A DNA stretch of 64,000 nucleotides from Malacoraja senta (Eukaryota): NCBI GenBank assembly GCA_038087875.1, contig JAXLNO010000462.1:62001-126000 (forward strand), in the 5' to 3' direction. Shown in pieces: positions 36,311 to 50,700 of the stretch. The stretch's first letter is position 1. The number at the start of each line of letters is the position of its first letter. Under the pieces are notes generated by a model. It worked only from the letters and a program-made list of their open reading frames with translations, had not been told where the DNA came from and did not search any database. Position numbers and translations under genes: made by a program.

Positions 36311-37122
36311 CTCTCCGGGGCCTGGGAACGGGAAATATGCTGCTGCTCCTCCTTCTCCTCAGACCATCACAACCCCCAGGATTCGGTATCAGTGAGGAGT
36401 GGTCTCTAGAGTGGATCACTGACAGTAATATTGATCTGGGGGGCCATTCAGACAATCTCCCTCATCCTTCTTTTTGTCTGTCTCCATCTGACAACTTTCC
36501 CCAGCTTTGAGGAAAGAATATTAACCTGAAACATTCACCCAGTTTCTCCCTCCACAAATGCTACGTCTTGCTGATTATCTCCAACAACGTATTATTTTTC
36601 CATTCGTGGTTTTGCAGCGGCCACTGGGTGCTGCTTGCCTGCTCCTGACTTCAGTATGGGGGAAGCCCATGATAGTCACTATCTTCATTGCCACAAATGT
36701 AAACACTGATGCCTGTTGGCTGGAAGCTGCAATCTTGAATCTTGACAGGCACCATTTTGGGTCTGGTCCTTTCGGGCAGATCATGTCTGACCTGCACTTT
36801 AAATGCAGTTTCCTCCCTTACTGTGATATGGTTTATTACTTCTTAGAATCAATTATATGTTGATCTTGCTCGAATGCAATTAACAGCATTTTTTTCAACC
36901 CTTGAAAAATATTCTGAGTGAAGAAATATCTAATTTCTATCCTGAAGAAGTTACCCTTTATTTTAAGTTGTTGACACTTTATCCTGGAATTGTCCTGTAC
37001 TAAATAAACAATTCATATTTTAAAATCTGTTTTGAAATTAATATCTGATGATTACACATTATGCACCAAAGTGTATCAGGTACAATGTTTGGTTTTCCAG
37101 GATGCTGACAAGTTCAAAGACA
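36305..37122 (+). pseudogene. PRDM9: Second PRDM9 5' end (leader, possible start exon 36618-36830, KRAB stub 37101-37122)
   Basis: Diverged inverted homologue of 35270-35780 plus 31670-31780. It ends in ttttccag|DADKFKD and then switches to unrelated sequence. Confidence 0.7.
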
Positions 37123-40100
37123 CGCACACACACACTGGCAAAGATTGGCCGCCAGGATATTCTGCTATCATCACTTCTTCAAGCTCATAGTTGAGCCGCC
37201 CGGGAGAAATCTGCACTGTCAGCACTGCTTAAGGCAAATGTGAACTGCAGAAAGAAGCCTGTGATCACCATGGCTCCTCCTTCGAAGATCACAGGATCCC
37301 GAATATGGGTGCTTGTCTGTACGTTCTTCTCGTGACCTGTGTGTGTTTTCCCTGAGATCTTCGTTTTCCACCCACACCAAAGATGTACAGTTTGCAGGTT
37401 AATTGGCTTCGTATAAATGTAAATTGTCCCTAGTGTGTGTAGGATAGTTTCCACGCTCTAGCTCTAAACTAAACTGAAAAACTACACTCTTTCCTTGTGC
37501 CTTCAACCTCCCAAAGTGCAACACCTCACACTTGCTCAGTTTAAACTCTGCCCAAGCAGTCATTTCAGGTGCGACAGAGGTTCACCTGCACCTCCTCCAA
37601 CCTCACTTATTGCATTCGCTGCTCTAGATGTCAGCTGATCTTCATCGATGAGACCAAGTGTAGGCTTGACGATCGCTTCACCGAACAACTCCGCTCAGTC
37701 CGCATTAACCAACCTGATCTCTCGGTGGCTCAGCACTTCAACTCTCCCTCCCATTCCGAATCCGATCTTTCTGTCCTGGGCCTCCTCCATGGCCAGAGTG
37801 AGGACCACCGGAAATTGTATGAGCCATATTTTGCTTGGGCAGTTTATACCCCATCGGCATGAACATTGACCTCCAATTTCAGGTAGTCCTTACTGTCTCC
37901 TCCCCTTCTCAGCTCTCCCTCAGCCCTCTGACTCCTCCTGTTCCTTTCTTCTTCCAGCCCCCCCACCCCCCCACCACCCTACATCAGTCTGAAGAAAGGT
38001 CTCAGCCCGAAACGTTCCCTATTTCCTTCACTCCATACCTCCATAGAGGTTATTTATCTACCTGCCCACTTCAGCATCTGATCTTCATCCCGCCATATCT
38101 TCCGAAAGCTTCCTCATTGTCTGCAACTCCTCCGATCTTGGTGTCGTCAGCAAACTCACCCAGCCACAGATCGCCAGCATCTTCACATATGTGCTCTGAT
38201 GGAGGGACAGCGCATCCTGGACATTTTTGCCGCTGTAAATAGAATAAAGCACCTGAGTTCACCGTGTTATTATCAATGTCGGAATGGTCACTGCCGAACC
38301 CGGCTCTTTCAACGCCACGCACCCTATCTACTCATACTGCCTCCTTCAGTGAGATGAGAACCTGGACCCAAAGATCCCACTGCACATCAATTCTGTCAAT
38401 GAAGAAGGATCTTGACCTGAAACTTCACCCATTCCTTCTTGGTCAAGTATGTACTTTCTTTAACTTCAAGTACACCTGCGCTTGCTCTCTCTCCATCCCT
38501 CCCCACCAAAGTCACACCAGCTTGAAGTCTTGAATTTTCATGGCTTTTTATGTCTTGAATTTTCGTGGTTTTAACGTCTTGAATTTTCGTGGCTATTCAT
38601 GTCGAAATTTCGTGGCTTTTCAAGTCTTGAATTTTTGTGGGGTTTTTTCACGTCTTGAATTTTCGCGTATTTTCACGTCTTGAATATTCGTGCCTTTTCA
38701 TGTCTTGAATTTTCGTGGCTTTTCGTGTCTTGAATTTTCGTGGCTTTTCATGTCTTAAATATTCGTGGCTTTTCATGTCTTGAATTTTCGTGGCTTTTCA
38801 TCTCTTGATTTTTCGTGGCTTTCCATGTCATGAATTTTCGTGGCTTTTCATATCTTGAATTTTGTGGCTTTTCAAGTTTTAAATTGCCGTTGCCTTTTAC
38901 GTCTTGAATATTTGTGGCTTTTCACGTCTTGAATTTTGTGGCTTTTCATGACCCGAAACGTCACCCATTCCTTCCCGCCAGAGATGCTGCCTCTCCCGCT
39001 GAGTTACTCCAGCATTTCCTGTCAATCTTCGGTTTAAACCGGCATCTGCTGTTGCATCCAACACTTAATAATTTAGTTTAGTTTAGAGATACAGTGTGGA
39101 AACAGGCACCGAGTCCGTTCTGACCAAAATTCCTCACACATTATCACTATTAATAGGTTGAAGGCCAAGAGCAAAGTCAGTAACACCGCCATCATGGAGC
39201 TTCTGCATGCGGACGACTGCGCCATTGCAGCATACTCTGCAGAAGAGCCCCAGGGCACCCTGAATGCCTTTGCCAAGGCATGCAGAGCCATGGGCCTAGA
39301 CTCAGGACCCACATCAACCTCCACCCAACCAGCCGTCCAAAAATGGAAGACACCACTCTTGAAAACGTTGACCACTTCCCCAAACTTGGCAGCATTCTTT
39401 CCTCAAAAGCTGACGTCGACTCAGGTCAACCATCGCCTGAGTTGTGCCAGCGGAGCCTATGCCAGATTCAGGAGAAGAGTCCTTGAAGACTGAGACCTAA
39501 AGGCTCAAACAAAACTACTGGTCTACAGAGCCATTGTCCTCTAACACCATGTTGTATGAAGTTGAGTAATGGACCACCTACAGCAGGCATCTGAGAGCCC
39601 TGGAACAATATCATCGAAGATCCTTATGAAAAATTCTGAGGATCAGCTGGGAGGACAAACGCACCAACATCAGCATTTTGGAGGAAGCCAACATGACCAG
39701 CATCACCACCACAATAATGCAGCACCAACTTCGATGGACTGGCCATATCATCCGCATGTTCAACATACGTCTCCCTAAACAAATCCTATACTCTCAACTG
39801 ACGGAAGGTCGGCGAGCCCCCGGCGGGCCAACGAAAAGCTTCAAGGACAACACCAAGAACAGTCTGAAGAAATTCCACATCACATCAAGCAACTGGGAGT
39901 GCATTGCACTAGACATGCACTCCTGGAGGAAGTCTGTGCAGGAATGAGCTGCACTTCACGAAATGGAACCACGCCGTGTCGCAGAGACAAAGTGACAGCA
40001 CCGTAAGGAGAGAGAGAAGGAGGCTCGACAACTACCATCCGCCGCCACTCCACTGCCCACGTTGCACCAAGGTGTGTGGATCGCGGATCAGCCTTTACAA

Positions 40101-41700
40101 ACGTCTGCAGACACACAACTGGATGATCCTATGGAGAGGACAGTCATAGTCGTTTCGAGTGACCGCCGATGATCGCAGAAGATAGACAATTTAAACTGTT
40201 ATGCCAAACCATTTATGTATATAATGTAAATAACTGAGCTGGACATCAATGTTGATTGGTTAAGTTTAATTTCGAGATACAGTGCGGAGACAGGCCCTTT
40301 CGCCCACCGAATCCGCACAGAGGAAGGAAAGGCAGATGCTGGTTTACACCGAAGATAGACAAAAGCTGGAGTAACCCAGGGCAGGCAGCATATCTGGAGA
40401 AAAGGTGACGTTTTGGGTCGAGACCCTTCTTTGGACTGAGAGGGAGGTGAAAGGGAAATGAGAGGTATGGGAAGGTACAGAACAAATCAGAGCCCGAAAC
40501 GATGGCCCAGGAAAGATGGAGCCCACAATGGTCTATTGCTGGTCATGGAAGAGATACAAACAGGGAAACTAGCAGAACAATAAAGTGGGGGAGGAACAGA
40601 GAGAGGGAAAGCAAGGGTTACTTGAGGTTAGAGAAGTCGATGTTCATACTACTGGGGTGTAAGCTACTCAAGCGAAATATGAGGTGCTATTCTTCCAATT
40701 CAGTTGTTTGTAACTATGAAACATCAGTATGTAGCTAGCTATCCAGTCTGTAGTCATGTAGCTAGCTACCTAGTTATCCAGTTGGTAGCTCAGTCTCGGT
40801 AGCTACCTAGCTGTCCAGTATGTAGATCACTCTAGCTAGCTACATAGCTATCCAGTATGTAGCTCAGTCTTGCTATCTACCTAGCTATCCAGTATGTAGC
40901 CATCTAGCTAGATACCTAGTTATACAATATGTAGGCATCTAGCTGGCTCAATTGTGATCATGTTTTGTCTTTCTGCTAACTGGTTAGCACGCGACTAAAA
41001 CTTTTCACTGTACCTCGGTACACGTGAGAATAAATTAATGAGGGGGAAAGAATTATATGGGATTGTTACGTGGATTGATGTAACAACACACCAGTTGTTG
41101 TTGTAAAGCTTCAGTTGTTGTTGTTGCTCATATTATATTGCTCCTTTACAGGTGCTCTCCCCTAAATCTATCCTAAATTTACAGATGCCTTCCCTACTGC
41201 ACCATTTAAAGGTGCCCTCCCCTAATTCACCATTTACAGATGCCCTCCTAATTCACCATTTACAGATGCCCTCCTAATTCACAGTTTAAAGGTGCCCCCT
41301 AAATCCCCCTACCATATACATGCCTTACCCATAATCCACATTTACAGGTGCCCTTCCCTAACCCCCCCTATTTCTAGGCACCCTCCCCTATATGTAGCCA
41401 TCTAGCTAGCATTATGCATCCTGTAATTTTGTCGCTTTTCATGTCCTGAATTTACGTCGCCTTTGGCGTCCTGAATTTTCATCACTTTTCGCGAGCTGAA
41501 TTTTCGTCGCTTTATGAATGCTGAAATTTCGGCGCTTTTAGTGTGCTGCAATTTAGTTGCTTTTCACGTCCTGAAATTGCGTCGCTTTTCACGTCCTGAA
41601 TTTTCGTCGCTTTTCACATCCTGAAGGTTTGTCACTTTTTGTATGCCGAACTTTTGTCACTTTTCGTGTCCTGAAATTTTGTCGCTTCATGCGTCCTGAA
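36945..41700. repeat. Right arm of large inverted duplication (Penelope ~37550-38030, satellite variant 38520-38950, RTE ~39155-40190, minisatellites 40730-41410)
   Basis: Reverse complement of 5600-11345 throughout, apart from tandem-repeat copy number. Confidence 0.95.
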
Positions 41701-44700
41701 CGGTTGCTTTTTGTTTCAGGGTTTTGCTTCAGGGTTGCTTTTTGTACCCTGAATTTTCGTTGTTTTTCTCGTGCTGAATTTTCGGCGCTTTATGCGTCCT
41801 GAGGTTTCGTTGCTTTTCATGTCCTGAATTTTCGTCGCTTTTTGTATGCTGAAGTTTCGTCACTTTTCGCGTACTGAATTTTTGTAGCTTTTCGCATGCT
41901 GAATTTTCGTCACTTTTCGCATGCCGAATTTTCATCGTTTTTCACGTTCTGAATTTTCGTCGCCTTTAGCCTCCCGAATATTCATCGCTTTTCGCATCCT
42001 GAAGGTTCGTCGCTTTTCGTTTGCTGAATTTTCGTCGCTTTTCACATGCTGAATTTTTGTCACTTTTCCTGTGCTGAAATTTTGTCGCTTCATGCGTCCT
42101 GAACTTTTGTTGCTTTTTGTACCCTGAATTTTGGTCGTTTTTCTCGTGCTGGATTTTCGTCGCTTTATGCGTCCTGAGGTTTCGTTGCTTTTCATGTCCT
42201 GAATTTTCGTCGCTTTTTGTATGCTGAAATTTCGTCGCTTTTCGCGTACTGAATTTTTGTAGCTTTTCGCATGCTGAATTTTCGTCACTTTTCGTGTGCT
42301 GAATTTTTGTCGCTTTTTGCGTGCTTCATTTTTGTCGCCTTTCGCGTGCTTCATTTTCATCGCTTTTCACATCCTGAAGGTTCGTCGCCTTTTGCATGCT
42401 GAATTTTCGTCGCTTTCGTCATGCTGAATTTTCGTCGCTTTCGTCATGCTGAATTTTCGTCGCTTTTCGCATCCTGAAGGTTCGACTCTTTTCACGTGCT
42501 GAATTTTCATTGCTTTTCGCAGGCTGAATTTTCATCACTTTTCATGTGCTGAAATTACGGCGTTTTCACGTCCTGAAGGTTTGTCGATTTTCGCGTGCTG
42601 AAATTTCGTCACTTTTTGCATGCTGAATTTTCGTCGCTTTTCACGTGCTTCATTTTTGTCACCTTTCGCGTGCCTCATTTTCATTGCTTTTCGCGTCCTG
42701 AAGGTTCGTCGCTTTTTGCATGCTGAATTTTCGTTTCTTTCGTCATGCTGAATTTTCGACGCTTTTCGTGTGTTTCATTGTCGTCGCTTTTCGCGTGCTT
42801 CATTTTCATCGCTTTTCGCGTCTTGAATGTTCGTCGCTTTTCGCATGCTGAATGTTCGTCGCTTTTTGCATGCTGAATTTTCGTCACTTTTCACATGCTT
42901 AATTTTCGCCGCTTTTCGCGTCCTGAATGTTCGTCACTTTTCACGTGCTGAATTTTCATTGGTTTTCGCATGCTTCATTTTCATCGCTTTTCGCGTCCTG
43001 AAGGTTCTTCTATTTTCGCGGGCTGAATTTTCGTCGCTTTTCACGTCCTGAATTTTCGTCGCTTTACGCATACTGAAAGTTTGTCACTTTTTGTATGCCG
43101 AACTTTTGTCACTTTTCGTGTCCTGAAAATTTGTCGCTTCATGCGTCCTGAACTTTTGTTGCTTTTTGTACCCTGAATTTTCGTCGTTTATCTCGTGCTG
43201 AATTTTCGTCGCTTTATGCGTCCTGAGGTTTCGTTGCTTTTCATGTCCTGAATTTTCGTCGCTTTTTGTATGCTGAAGTTTCGTCGCTTTTCGCACACTG
43301 AATTTTTGTAGCTTTTAGCATGCTGAATTTCCGTCGCTTTTTGCATGCTGAATTTTCATCGCTTTTCACGTTCTGAATTTTCGTCACTTTTCGTGTGCTG
43401 AATTTTCGTCGCTTTTCGCATCCTGAAGGTTCGTCACTTTTCATGTGCTGAATTTTCATCGCTTTTCGTAGGCTGAATATTCATCGCTTTTCGTGTGCTG
43501 ACATTTCTGAGCTTTTTATGTCCTGAAATTATGTCACTTTATGCGTCATGAGGTTTCGTCGCTTTTCGCATCCTGAATTTACGTCACTTTTCGTGTGCTG
43601 AATTTTTGTCGCTTTTTGCGTGCTGAATTTTTGTGGCTTTTCGCATGCTGAATTTTCGTCGCTTTTAACGTGCTTCATTTTTGTCGCCTTTTGCGTGCTT
43701 CATTTTCATCGCTTTTCACGTCCTGAAGGTTCGTTGCCTTTTGCATGCTGAAGTTTCGTCACCTTCGTCATGCTGAATTTTCGTCGCTTTCATCATGCTG
43801 AATTTTCGACGCTTTTCGCATCCTGAAGGTTCGACTCTTCACGTGCTGAATTTTCATTGCTTTTCGCAGGCTGAATTTTCATCGCTTTTCGTGTGCTGGA
43901 ATTACGGCGCTTTTCACGTCCTGAAGGTTTGTCGATTTTCGCGTGCTGAAATTTCGTCGCCTTTCGCATGCTGAATTTTCGTCGCTTTTCACGTGCTTCA
44001 TTTTTGTCGCCTTTCGCATGCTTCATTTTCAGCTCTTTTCGCATCCTGAAGGTTCGTCGCTTTTTGCATGCTGAATTTCCGTTGCTTTCGTCATGCTGAA
44101 TTTTCGTCGCTTTTCGTGTGTTTCATTTTCGTCGCTTTTCGCGTGCTTCATTTTCATCGCTTTTCGTGTCCTGAATGTTCGTCGCTTTTCGCATGCTGAA
44201 TTTTCGTCACTTTTCTCATGCTGAAATTTCGTCGCTTTTCGCGTGACGAATTTTCATCGCTTTTCACGTACTGAAATTTTGTCTCTTTTCGCATGGTGAA
44301 TTTTCGTCACTTTTCACGTCCTGAATTTTCGTTGCTTTTCACATCCTGAAGGTTCATCACTTTTTGTATGCCGAACTTTTGTCACTTTTCGTGTCCTGAA
44401 ATTTTGTCGCTTCATGCGTCCTGAACGGTTGCTTTTTGTTTCAGGGTTTTGCTTCAGGGTTGCTTTTTGTACTCTGAATTTTCGTTGTTTTTCTCGTGCT
44501 GAATTTTCGGCGCTTTATGCGTCCTGAGGTTTCGTTGCTTTTCATGTCCTGAATTTTCGTCGCTTTTTGTATGCTGAAGTTTCGTCACTCTTCGCATACT
44601 GAATTTTTGTAGCTTTTCGCATGCTGAATTTTCGTCACTTTTCGCATGCCGAATTTTCATCGTTTTTCACGTTCTGAATTTTCGTCGCCTTTAGCCTCCC

Positions 44701-47700
44701 GAATATTCATCGCTTTTCGCATCCTGAAGGTTCGTCGCTTTTCGTTTGCTGAATTTTCGTCGCTTTTCACATGCTGAATTTTTGTCACTTTTCCTGTGCT
44801 GAAATTTTGTCGCTTCATGCGTCCTGAACTTTTGTTGCTTTTTGTACCCTGAATTTTGGTCGTTTTTCTCGTGCTGGATTTTCGTCGCTTTATGCGTCCT
44901 GAGGTTTCGTTGCTTTTCATGTCCTGAATTTTCGTCGCTTTTTGTATGCTGAAATTTCGTCGCTTTTCGCGTACTGAATTTTTGTAGCTTTTCGCATGCT
45001 GAATTTTCGTCACTTTTCGTGTGCTGAATTTTTGTCGCTTTTTGCGTGCTTCATTTTTGTCGCCTTTCGCGTGCTTCATTTTCATCGCTTTTCACATCCT
45101 GAAGGTTCGTCGCCTTTTGCATGCTGAATTTTCGTCGCTTTCGTCATGCTGAATTTTCGTCGCTTTCGTCATGCTGAATTTTCGTCGCTTTTCGCATCCT
45201 GAAGGTTCGACTCTTTTCACGTGCTGAATTTTCATTGCTTTTCGCAGGCTGAATTTTCATCGCTTTTCATGTGCTGAAATTACGGCGCTTTTCACGTCCT
45301 GAAGGTTTGTCGATTTTCGCGTGCTGAAATTTCGTCGCTTTTCGCATGCTGAATTTTCGTCGCTTTTCACGTGCTTCATTTTTGTCGCCTTTCGAATGCT
45401 TCATTTTCAGCTCTTTTCGCATCCTGAAGGTTCGTCGCTTTTTGCATGCTGAATTTCCGTTGCTTTCGTCATGCTGAATTTTCGTCGCTTTTCGTGTGTT
45501 TCATTGTCGTCGCTTTTCGCGTGCTTCATTTTCATCGTTTTTCGTGTCCTGAATGTTCGTCGCTTTTCGCATGCTGAATTTTCGTCACTTTTCTCATGCT
45601 GAAATTTCGTCGCTTTTCGCGTGACGAATTTTCATCGCTTTTCACGTACTGAAATTTTGTCTCTTTTCGCATGGTGAATTTTCGTCACTTTTCACGTCCT
45701 GAATTTTCGTCGCTTTTCACATCCTGAAGGTTCGTCACTTTTTGTATGCCGAACTTTTGTCACTTTTCGTGTCCTGAAATTTTGTCGCTTCATGCGTCCT
45801 GAACGGTTGCTTTTTGTTTCAGGGTTTTGCTTCAGGGTTGCTTTTTGTACCCTGAATTTTCGTTGTTTTTCTCGTGGTGAATTTTCGGCGCTTTATGCGT
45901 CCTGAGGTTTCGTTGCTTTTCATGTCCTGAATTTTCGTCGCTTTTTGTATGCTGAAGTTTCGTCACTCTTCGCATACTGAATTTTTGTAGCTTTTCGCAT
46001 GCTGAATTTTCGTCACTTTTCGCATGCCGAATTTTCATCGTTTTTCACGTTCTGAATTTTCGTCGCCTTTAGCCTCCCGAATATTCATCGCTTTTCGCAT
46101 CCTGAAGGTTCGTCGCTTTTCGTTTGCTGAATTTTCGTCGCTTTTCACATGCTGAATTTTTGTCACTTTTCCTGTGCTGAAATTTTGTCGCTTCATGCGT
46201 CCTGAACTTTTGTTGCTTTTTGTACCCTGAATTTTGGTCGTTTTTCTCGTGCTGGATTTTCGTCGCTTTATGCGTCCTGAGGTTTCGTTGCTTTTCATGT
46301 CCTGAATTTTCGTCGCTTTTTGTATGCTGAAATTTCGTCGCTTTTCGCGTACTGAATTTTTGTAGCTTTTCGCATGCTGAATTTTCGTCACTTTTCGTGT
46401 GCTGAATTTTTGTCGCTTTTTGCGTGCTTCATTTTTGTCGCCTTTCGCGTGCTTCATTTTCATCGCTTTTCACATCCTGAAGGTTCGTCGCCTTTTGCAT
46501 GCTGAATTTTCGTCGCTTTCGTCATGCTGAATTTTCGTCGCTTTCGTCATGCTGAATTTTCGTCGCTTTTCGCATCCTGAAGGTTCGACTCTTTTCACGT
46601 GCTGAATTTTCATTGCTTTTCGCAGGCTGAATTTTCATCGCTTTTCATGTGCTGAAATTACGGCGCTTTTCACGTCCTGAAGGTTTGTCGATTTTCGCGT
46701 GCTGAAATTTCGTCGCTTTTCGCATGCTGAATTTTCGTCGCTTTTCACGTGCTTCATTTTTGTCGCCTTTCGAATGCTTCATTTTCAGCTCTTTTCGCAT
46801 CCTGAAGGTTCGTCGCTTTTTGCATGCTGAATTTCCGTTGCTTTCGTCATGCTGAATTTTCGTCGCTTTTCGTGTGTTTCATTGTCGTCGCTTTTCGCGT
46901 GCTTCATTTTCATCGTTTTTCGTGTCCTGAATGTTCGTCGCTTTTCGCATGCTGAATTTTCGTCACTTTTCTCATGCTGAAATTTCGTCGCTTTTCGCGT
47001 GACGAATTTTCATCGCTTTTCACGTACTGAAATTTTGTCTCTTTTCGCATGGTGAATTTTCGTCACTTTTCACGTCCTGAATTTTCGTCGCTTTTCACAT
47101 CCTGAAGGTTCGTCACTTTTTGTATGCCGAACTTTTGTCACTTTTCGTGTCCTGAAATTTTGTCGCTTCATGCGTCCTGAACGGTTGCTTTTTGTTTCAG
47201 GGTTTTGCTTCAGGGTTGCTTTTTGTACCCTGAATTTTCGTTGTTTTTCTCGTGGTGAATTTTCGGCGCTTTATGCGTCCTGAGGTTCCGTTGCTTTTCA
47301 TGTCCTGAATTTTCGTCGCTTTTCGCATGCCGAATTTTCATCGTTTTTCTCGTTCTGAATTTTCGTCGCCTTTAGCCTCCCGAATTTTCATCGCTTTTCG
47401 CATCCTGAAGGTTCGTCGCTTTTCGTATGCTGAATTTTCGTCGCTTTTCACATGCTGAATTTTTGTCACTTTTACTGTGCTGAAATTTTGTCGCTTCATG
47501 CGTCCTGAACTTTTGTTGCTTTTTGTACCCTGAATTTTCGTCATTTTTCTCGTGCTGGATTTTCGTCGCTTTATGCGTCCTGATGTTTCGTTGCTTTTCA
47601 TGTCCTGAATTTTCGTCGCTTTTTGTATGCTGAAGTTTCGTCGCTTTTCGCGTACTGAATTTTTGTAGCTTTTCGCATGCTGAATTTTCGTCACTTTTCG

Positions 47701-50700
47701 TGTGCTGAATTTTTGTCGCTTTTTGCGTGCATCATTTTTGTCGCCTTTCGCGTGCTTCATTTTCATCGCTTTTCACATCCTGAAGGTTCGTCGCCTTTTG
47801 CATGCTGAATTTCCGTCGCTTTTAACGTGCTTCATTTTTGATACCTTTCCGTGCTTCATTTTCATCGCTTTTCACATCCTAAAGGTTCGTCGCCTTTTGC
47901 ATGCTGAATTATTGTCGCTTTCGTCATGCTGAATTTTCGTCGCTTTCATCATTCTGAATTTTCGTTGCTTTTCGCAACCTGAAGGTTCGACTCTTTTCAC
48001 GTGCTGAATTTTCATTGCTTTTCGCAGGCTGAATTTTCATCGCTTTTCGTGTGCTGGAATTACGGCGCTTTTCACGTCCTGGTTTGTCGATTTTCGCGTG
48101 CTGAAATTTCGTCGCTTTTGGCATGCTGAATTTTCGTCGCTTTTTACGTGCTTCATTTTTGTCGCCTTTCGCGTGCTTCATTTTCATCGCTTTTCACGTC
48201 CTGAATGTTCGTTGCTTTTCGCATGCTGAATTTTCGTCACTTTTCTCATGCTGAATTTTCGTCGCTTTTCACGTGCCGAATTTTCGGTGCTTTTCACGTA
48301 CTGAAATTTTGTCTCTTTTCGCATGGTGAATTTTGGTCACTTTTCACATGCTTAATTTTCGTCGCTTTTCGCGTCCTAAATGTTCGTCACTTTTCACGTC
48401 CTGAATTTTCATCGCTTTTCACAGGCTGAATTTTCGTCGCTTTTCACGTGCTGAATTTTCATTGGTTTTCGCATGCTTCATTTTCATCGCTTTTCACGTC
48501 CTGAAGGTTCTTCTCTTTTCGCGGGCTGAATTTTCGTCGCTTTACACGTCCTGAATTTTTGTCGCTTTTCACATCCTGAAGGTTCGTCACTTTTTGTATG
48601 CCGAACTTTTGTCACTTTTCGTGTCCTGAAATTTTGTTGCTTCATGCGTCCTGAACTTTTGTTGCTTTTTGTACCCTGAATTTTCGTCGTTTTTCTCGTG
48701 CTGAATTTTCGGCGCTTTATGTGTCCTGAGGTTTCGTTGCTTTTCATGTCCTGAATTTTCGTCGCTTTTTGTATGCTGAAGTTTCGTCGCTTTTCGCGTA
48801 CTGAATTTTTGTAGCTTTTCGCATGCTGAATTTTCGTCGCTTTTTGCATGCTGAATTTTCATCGCTTTTCACGTTCTGAATTTTCGGCGCTTTTAGCCTC
48901 CCAGATTTTCATCGCTTTTCGCATCCTGAAGGTTTGTCGCTTTTCGTGTGCTGAATTTTCGTCGCTTTTCACATGCTGAATTTTTGTCACTTTTCCTGTG
49001 CTGACATTTTGTCGCTTATTGCGTCCTGTAAATTCGACGCTTTATGCATCCTGAAATGTTGTCGCTTTTTGCATCCTGAATTTATGTAGCTTTTGGCATT
49101 TTGAATTTTTGTCACATTTCATGCCCTGAATTTTCGTCGCTTGTCGCGTGCTGAATTTTTGTTGCTTTTCGCATCCTGAAGGTTCGTCACTTTTCATGTG
49201 CTGAATTTTCTTCGCTTTTCGTAGGCTGAATATTCATCGCTTTTCGTGTGCTGACATTTCTGATCTTTTTATGTCCTGAAATTATGTCACTTTATGCGTC
49301 CTGAGGTTTCGTCGCTTTTCGCGTCCTGAATTTACGTCACTTTCGTGTGCTGAATTTTTGTCGCTTTTTGAGTGCTGAATTTTTGTGGCTTTTCGCATGC
49401 TGAATTTTCGTCGCTTTTAACGTGCTTCATTTTTGTCACCTTTTGCGTGCTTCATTTTCATCGCTTTTCACGTCCTGAAGGTTCGTCGCCTTTTGCATGC
49501 TGAAGTTTCGTCGCTTTCGTCATGCTGAATTTTCGTCGCTTTCATCATGCTGAATTTTCGACGCTTTTCGCATCCTGAAGGTTCGACTCTTCACGTGCTG
49601 AATTTTCATTGCTTTTCGCAGGCTGAATTTTCATCGCTTTTCGTGTGCTGGAATTACAGCGCTTTTCACGTCCTGAAGGTTTGTCGATTTTCGCGTGCTG
49701 AAATTTCGTCGCTTTTCGCATGCTGAATTTTCGTCGTTTTCACGTGCTTCATTTTTGTCGCCTTTCGCGTGCTTCATTTTCAGCTCTTTTCGCGTCCTGA
49801 AGGTTCATCGCTTTTTGCATGCTGAATTTCCGTTGCTTTCGTCATGCTGAATTTTCGTCGCTTTTCGTGTGTTTCATTTTCGTCGCTTTTCGCGTGCTTC
49901 ATTTTCATCGCTTTTCGTGTCCTGAATGTTCGTCGCATTTCGAATGCTGAATGTTCGTCACTTTTCTCATGCTGAAATTTCGTCGCTTTTCGCGTACTGA
50001 ATTTTTGTAGCTTTTCGCATGCTGAATTTTCGTCACTTTTCGTGTGCTGAATTTTTGTCGCTTTTTGCGTGCTTCATTTTTGTCGCCTTTCGCGTGCTTC
50101 ATTTTCATCGCTTTTCACATCCTGAAGGTTCGTCGCCTTTTGCATGCTGAATTTCCGTCGCTTTTAACGTGCTTCATTTTTGACACCTTTCCGTGCTTCA
50201 TTTTCATCGCTTTTCACGTCCTAAAGGTTCGTCGCCTTTTGCATGCTGAATTATCGTCGCTTTCGTCATGCTGAATTTTCATCGCTTTCATCATTCTGAA
50301 TTTTCGTTGCTTTTCGCAACCTGAAGATTCGACTCTTTTCACGTGCTGAATTTTCATTGCTTTTCGCAGGCTGAATTTTCATCGCTTTTCGTGTGCTGGA
50401 ATTACGGCGCTTTTCACGTCCTGGTTTGTCGATTTTCGCGTGCTGAAATTTCGTCGCTTTTGGCATGCTGAATTTTCGTCGCTTTTTACGTGCTTCATTT
50501 TTGTCGCCTTTCGCGTGCTTCATTTTCATCGCTTTTCGCGTCCTGAAGGTTCGTCGCTTTTTGCATGCTGAATTTCCGTTGCTTTTGTCATGCTGATTTT
50601 TCGTCGCTTTTCGTGTGTTTCATTTTCGTCGCTTTTCGCGTGCTTCATTTTCATCGCTTTTCACGTCCTGAATGTTCGTTGCTTTTCGCATGTTGAATTT

